Origin: Fidelibacterota bacterium
Lineage (GTDB): Bacteria > Fidelibacterota > UBA2242
Assembly (NCBI GenBank): GCA_049975265.1
Contig: JBNGDF010000003.1
Coordinates: 103,665 to 167,664, forward strand
Length of the DNA: 64,000 nucleotides
Direction: 5' to 3'
This document shows, in pieces, positions 60,398 through 64,000 of this stretch; the stretch's first letter is position 1; each line of letters opens with the position of its first letter. Both the position numbers and the translations under genes were made by a program. The notes beneath the pieces are model-generated. The model had not been told where the DNA came from. It saw only the letters and a program-made list of their open reading frames with translations, and did not search any database.

Positions 60398-61800
60398 GAC
60401 CATCCCATGATAAAAGGTGGAACTAATAATAGAAATCCGACCAGTAGAAAAATGATTTCCAGTGGTAGTAGCCATTTTGCCCATTTTTCCCAGGAAATCC
60501 CTGACAGTGTTAATACTCCAATCGTGATTGCTGAGGTCGGCACAATCATATTACTGAAACCGTCACCGAACTGAAATGCCAGTACAGCTGTTTGCCGGGT
60601 CACACCTACGAGGTCAGCAAGTGGAATCATAATCGGCATTGTCAAAGCCGCCTTGGCGCTTCCTGAAGGGACGAAAAAGTTGATGATTGAATGAACGACG
60701 AACATTGCCTGTGATGCAATGATTGGATGAAGACGATCGATTTTATTTGCCAGTGAGTAAAGCATCGTATCGATAATCCGGCCATCCTCAGCAATGATCA
60801 ATATTCCCCTGGCCAGAACAATAATAAGCGCGGTGCTGACCATGTCTTTGGCACCCGCAACAAAGGCATCCGTGAATTCCCTGACAGATAATTTTCCGAC
60901 AATGCCGATCACAATGCCAGTCAGAAAAAACATAGCACAAATCTCCTCGATGTACCATTGAAATTTTAGGACACCGTAAATCATCCCGATTATACCGGTC
61001 GCAAATGTCCAGAGTGCAAATTTGTGACGTCTGGAAATCCCTGAAAAATTTTCCAGATCTCTCATATGCAGATTCTGACGTTTTTCTTCATCCATGTCAA
61101 AGGTGATACTCTTTTCCGGATGTCTTTTAACTTTCGCAGCATACACCATTACGAATGCAATGGCAATCGCGGTACAGATTACCCAGCAGATCAACCGGTA
61201 ACCAATTCCAGAAAAAAGTGGCAGGTCTGCAATTTGCTGTGCAATGCCGATGGTGAAGGGATTCAGAAAAGCCCCGGCGAATCCGGCACCGGCGCCCACG
61301 AACGGAATGGCAACACCAACCACAGAATCGTAACCCAGTGCGAGGGTAAGAGGGACGAAAATAAGGATAAAGGGGATAACTTCTTCACCCATTCCAAAAC
61401 TGCCACCACCGATTGAGAATATCGTCATAAAGATTGGGATGTACAGAATCTCGATAATTCTGGAGCGGCTATGGGCTTTGGCAACCGCTTTGATCGCGGC
61501 ATCGATGGCCTTGGTTTTTTCCAATATAGCAAAGACACCACCGACAATCAGCACAAAACCAACGATCAGCGCTGCACTTTTATCGGTAAATCCCCGGATC
61601 GGCGCTTTCAAAATTGCCCAGATACCTTGAGGATTGGGGGAAACCGGGTGATAAGAGTCTGCAATAACAATTTCCCGGCCATTCAGCTCAGTTCGATCAT
61701 AATTACCGCTGGGAATGATATATGTTAATATCGCCGTAACGATAATAATTGAAAATATGAGCAGGTATGTATTGGGTGCTTTAAGTTTTCCTAGTTTCAA
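60394..61800 (-). CDS. YfcC / basic amino acid antiporter (ArcD-like) family transporter
   Basis: PNTYLLIF, IPSGNY, GMGEE, NPFTIGIAQ, PSGSAKA, AFQFGDG; TTG start overlapping the cyanophycinase stop. Confidence 0.9.
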   Translation of the reverse strand: MKLGKLKAPNTYLLIFSIIIVTAILTYIIPSGNYDRTELNGREIVIADSYHPVSPNPQGIWAILKAPIRGFTDKSAALIVGFVLIVGGVFAILEKTKAIDAAIKAVAKAHSRSRIIEILYIPIFMTIFSIGGGSFGMGEEVIPFILIFVPLTLALGYDSVVGVAIPFVGAGAGFAGAFLNPFTIGIAQQIADLPLFSGIGYRLICWVICTAIAIAFVMVYAAKVKRHPEKSITFDMDEEKRQNLHMRDLENFSGISRRHKFALWTFATGIIGMIYGVLKFQWYIEEICAMFFLTGIVIGIVGKLSVREFTDAFVAGAKDMVSTALIIVLARGILIIAEDGRIIDTMLYSLANKIDRLHPIIASQAMFVVHSIINFFVPSGSAKAALTMPIMIPLADLVGVTRQTAVLAFQFGDGFSNMIVPTSAITIGVLTLSGISWEKWAKWLLPLEIIFLLVGFLLLVPPFIMGWS

Positions 61801-62681
61801 TATATTACACTCCTTTTGACCATATCGAAGCGCTGCCCGGAAGTGAGAATATGCATTTTTATTCCGACACAAGAAAGCTGGTTTGCTAGGTCGGATTCAA
61901 TATGAGTTGCTTTTGATGCATCATAGACAATAACCGCATGTTCTCCAAAAACGCGAAAGGTATTATCCGGATTAACGATAATTGCTGTGGATTCATCAAT
62001 TCCAATTCCCAGAAGTTTCGGATTTTCCAGAACGAGCGAAATTAATCGGTTATGACGTTTGCGGGTGATAAAGTGCTGATCGATTATTGCGTTCTCAATC
62101 AGCCCGAATCCCGGAGTTGTGACAATATTGCCTTTTTGAATGGTATAAAATGAGCGGGTCGAATCCTGATTAATCAATTCGTCGCCAATAATCATAATTT
62201 TACTCATTACTGCCGCGCCGGCACTTGTTCCGGCGATTACGGCGCCATTGTAGTATCGTTCTTTGATCGCAGACAGAAGACGTGTTCCGTTTAAATCTGC
62301 CGTTAGTCGGCGCTGGTCTCCGCCTGAGAAAAAGAGTATATCGGCTTTTGAAATCTGATCAAGAACATCATCAGAGTTAGCTGAGTCATGAACAACATAT
62401 AAAAAGCTGCAGTCATTAATGCCGAGTTTTTTAAATTGTCCGACCTGATACTCCGCCGTGGTAACAGGACAGCTACTGGCATTGGGAATGACGATGACTT
62501 TTGGTTGAGCATTATTTGATAGCGAGATCATCTTTTCCATGAGATAATCCGGTCGATTACCACCACCGATAATAAATAAATGGCCTGTTGGTCTATCCGG
62601 TTTTGAACAATGACTTAATGATAATATAACAAACGCGAAAATGAACGAATATCTGCGAAATTTAAATACCATAGTCAGCAC
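61797..62681 (-). CDS. cphB: Cyanophycinase (peptidase S51), predicted lipoprotein
   Basis: FIIGGG, FFSGGDQ, AGTSAGAA, IDQHF..RKRHNRL, GIGIDEST; lipobox-like LSHC. Confidence 0.9.
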   Translation of the reverse strand: MLTMVFKFRRYSFIFAFVILSLSHCSKPDRPTGHLFIIGGGNRPDYLMEKMISLSNNAQPKVIVIPNASSCPVTTAEYQVGQFKKLGINDCSFLYVVHDSANSDDVLDQISKADILFFSGGDQRRLTADLNGTRLLSAIKERYYNGAVIAGTSAGAAVMSKIMIIGDELINQDSTRSFYTIQKGNIVTTPGFGLIENAIIDQHFITRKRHNRLISLVLENPKLLGIGIDESTAIIVNPDNTFRVFGEHAVIVYDASKATHIESDLANQLSCVGIKMHILTSGQRFDMVKRSVIY

Positions 62682-63767
62682 TTACTTTTTGATTAATTCC
62701 CAGAGAATCCTGGCGCTGTTTATTAAATCCTCGACAAGAATAAACTCGTTGTTGGCATGTGGATTTTGGGCGCCGATTCCAATATTTATCGTGATTATGC
62801 CCTTTTCATTCAATGAATTTGCATCGCTGCCTCCTGCAGAGACAATGGGTTCCGGTTTTAGGCCAACGGCCAGCAGAGCATTGGTGATACGTTGAAACGT
62901 AAATGATGATTCAGGGACTTCATAAGGTTTAAAATCCCAGTGCGATTCAAACTCGACAGTTGCGTTTTCAGCACTGGCCTGTTTAATGAATACATCTTTA
63001 ATTTCTTTGATTTTCCTGTCGACCTTGGGAATTTTTAATGAACGCACTTCACCTTCCAGTTCCACTAGTTCTGGAATCACATTGATGGCTGTACCACCGT
63101 TAAATTTTCCGATGTTGGCGGTTGTTTCATGATCAACACGTCCAAGTTTCATCGTCGCTATCGCTTTCGCGGCAACCTGGATTGCACTTATCCCGTTTTC
63201 CGGATGTATTCCGGCATGTGATGCTTTCCCGTGAATTTTTGTGGTGAATCCTTTTGCTCCATAAGTCTTATTAATAAATTTTCCGGGTCTTAGCGATGAA
63301 TCAAATACAAAACCGTGTTTGATCTGTTCCGGCAGAACCAGAAATTGAGAACCAAAAACGTCCAGTTCCTCACGGATTGTAAATGCAATTGTAAAATCTT
63401 TAATAGGAACATTGTTGGTGAATGCTTTTTCCAGACAGAATAAAATTGTGGCAATTCCGGCCCGGTTATCTGCCCCTAATATCGTGGTCCCATCGGATGT
63501 AATTCTGTCATCAGTTACGATCGGTTTGATATTTTTGGTGCTCCGAGCGGTATCCATATGGGATAGAATAACAAAATTTCCACCATTGCCAATTCTGACC
63601 TGCAAATTACCGGAATTTCCGTTAGATGATACGCCAGCCCGATCTTCACTGGCTGATAAGTTAAGTTCATTGAGGAATGCCTGAATATAATGGTTGACCG
63701 GGGCTTCCTGTTTAGAAAGGGCATCGATTTTAACCAGTTCCAGAAACAGTTCAATCAGACGGTTCAT
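62682..63767 (-). CDS. M20 family metallopeptidase, peptidase T-like
   Basis: SHMDT, SDGTTILGADNRAG, REE, GKASHAG, ETTANIG, GGSDAN, C-terminal H..NE; start 63767 or 63782. Confidence 0.9.
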   Translation of the reverse strand: MNRLIELFLELVKIDALSKQEAPVNHYIQAFLNELNLSASEDRAGVSSNGNSGNLQVRIGNGGNFVILSHMDTARSTKNIKPIVTDDRITSDGTTILGADNRAGIATILFCLEKAFTNNVPIKDFTIAFTIREELDVFGSQFLVLPEQIKHGFVFDSSLRPGKFINKTYGAKGFTTKIHGKASHAGIHPENGISAIQVAAKAIATMKLGRVDHETTANIGKFNGGTAINVIPELVELEGEVRSLKIPKVDRKIKEIKDVFIKQASAENATVEFESHWDFKPYEVPESSFTFQRITNALLAVGLKPEPIVSAGGSDANSLNEKGIITINIGIGAQNPHANNEFILVEDLINSARILWELIKK

Positions 63768-63801
63768 TGCTGTTTGTTCCATAAATGAAAACCTTATTAC
63801 G

Positions 63802-63859
63802 AATGTATAAAAATACGTAACATTTATTACAATATAGTTGATATATTGAGTCAAATCAA
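63802..63859 (-). promoter_or_regulatory. Putative promoter and operators of the cyanophycinase locus
   Basis: Minus strand TTGATT-17-TATATT (63859-63831), followed by GTAA-N6-TTAC palindrome (63817-63830) and ARG-box-like AATGTATAAAAATACGTA (63802-63819). Confidence 0.5.
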
Positions 63860-64000
63860 GATATTTTTTCGAAAAATTTTAACTTTTAAATTGAATCGGG
63901 ATTAGCCACCCCCCGAAAAAGGGCAAGTCTAATAATGTAACTAATTGATAAATATGGTATTTATTAGGAGAAAAGGTTTAAAAATAACGTCTCCTTTTCT

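Noticed and set aside
1..64000. tRNA, rRNA, integrase, transposase, CRISPR array or stop-codon recoding
   Set aside because: None recognised by eye; not excluded without tRNAscan or Infernal

Overview
Bacterial chromosomal window, about 50% GC on the left and visibly more AT-rich from ~47.6 kb onward (judged by eye). A PorU-like C25 protein, T9SS-type C-terminal domains and a SusD-less TonB receptor/PorV triad suggest a non-Bacteroidia FCB-group organism such as Marinimicrobia, KSB1 or Calditrichota (inference). Left to right: a C25/PorU-like gene running off the left edge (missing from the ORF track); the ffh-rpsP-khpA-rimM-trmD-rplS operon; P5C dehydrogenase; a split partner-switching signalling neighbourhood (MBL-RsbW-STAS divergent from LysM/FecR-SpoIIE-PKD x~15); a LacI-controlled galactose operon; pepF, glnA and housekeeping genes; a REP-like hairpin cluster; an ablA-symporter-ablB osmolyte operon with a structured leader; and a three-gene glycan-degradation cluster ending in an apparent tail-to-tail truncation junction. 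The best candidate novel system is a ~16 kb co-oriented locus (47.4-63.9 kb, minus strand). It has two cyanophycinase-family enzymes (one lipoprotein, one T9SS-secreted), a TonB receptor/CTD protein/PorV uptake triad, M14 and M20 peptidases, two basic-amino-acid antiporter-family transporters and an RpiR regulator. It looks like a PUL-like cyanophycin (or related polyamide) utilisation locus. All calls come from motif reading; no database searches were run.
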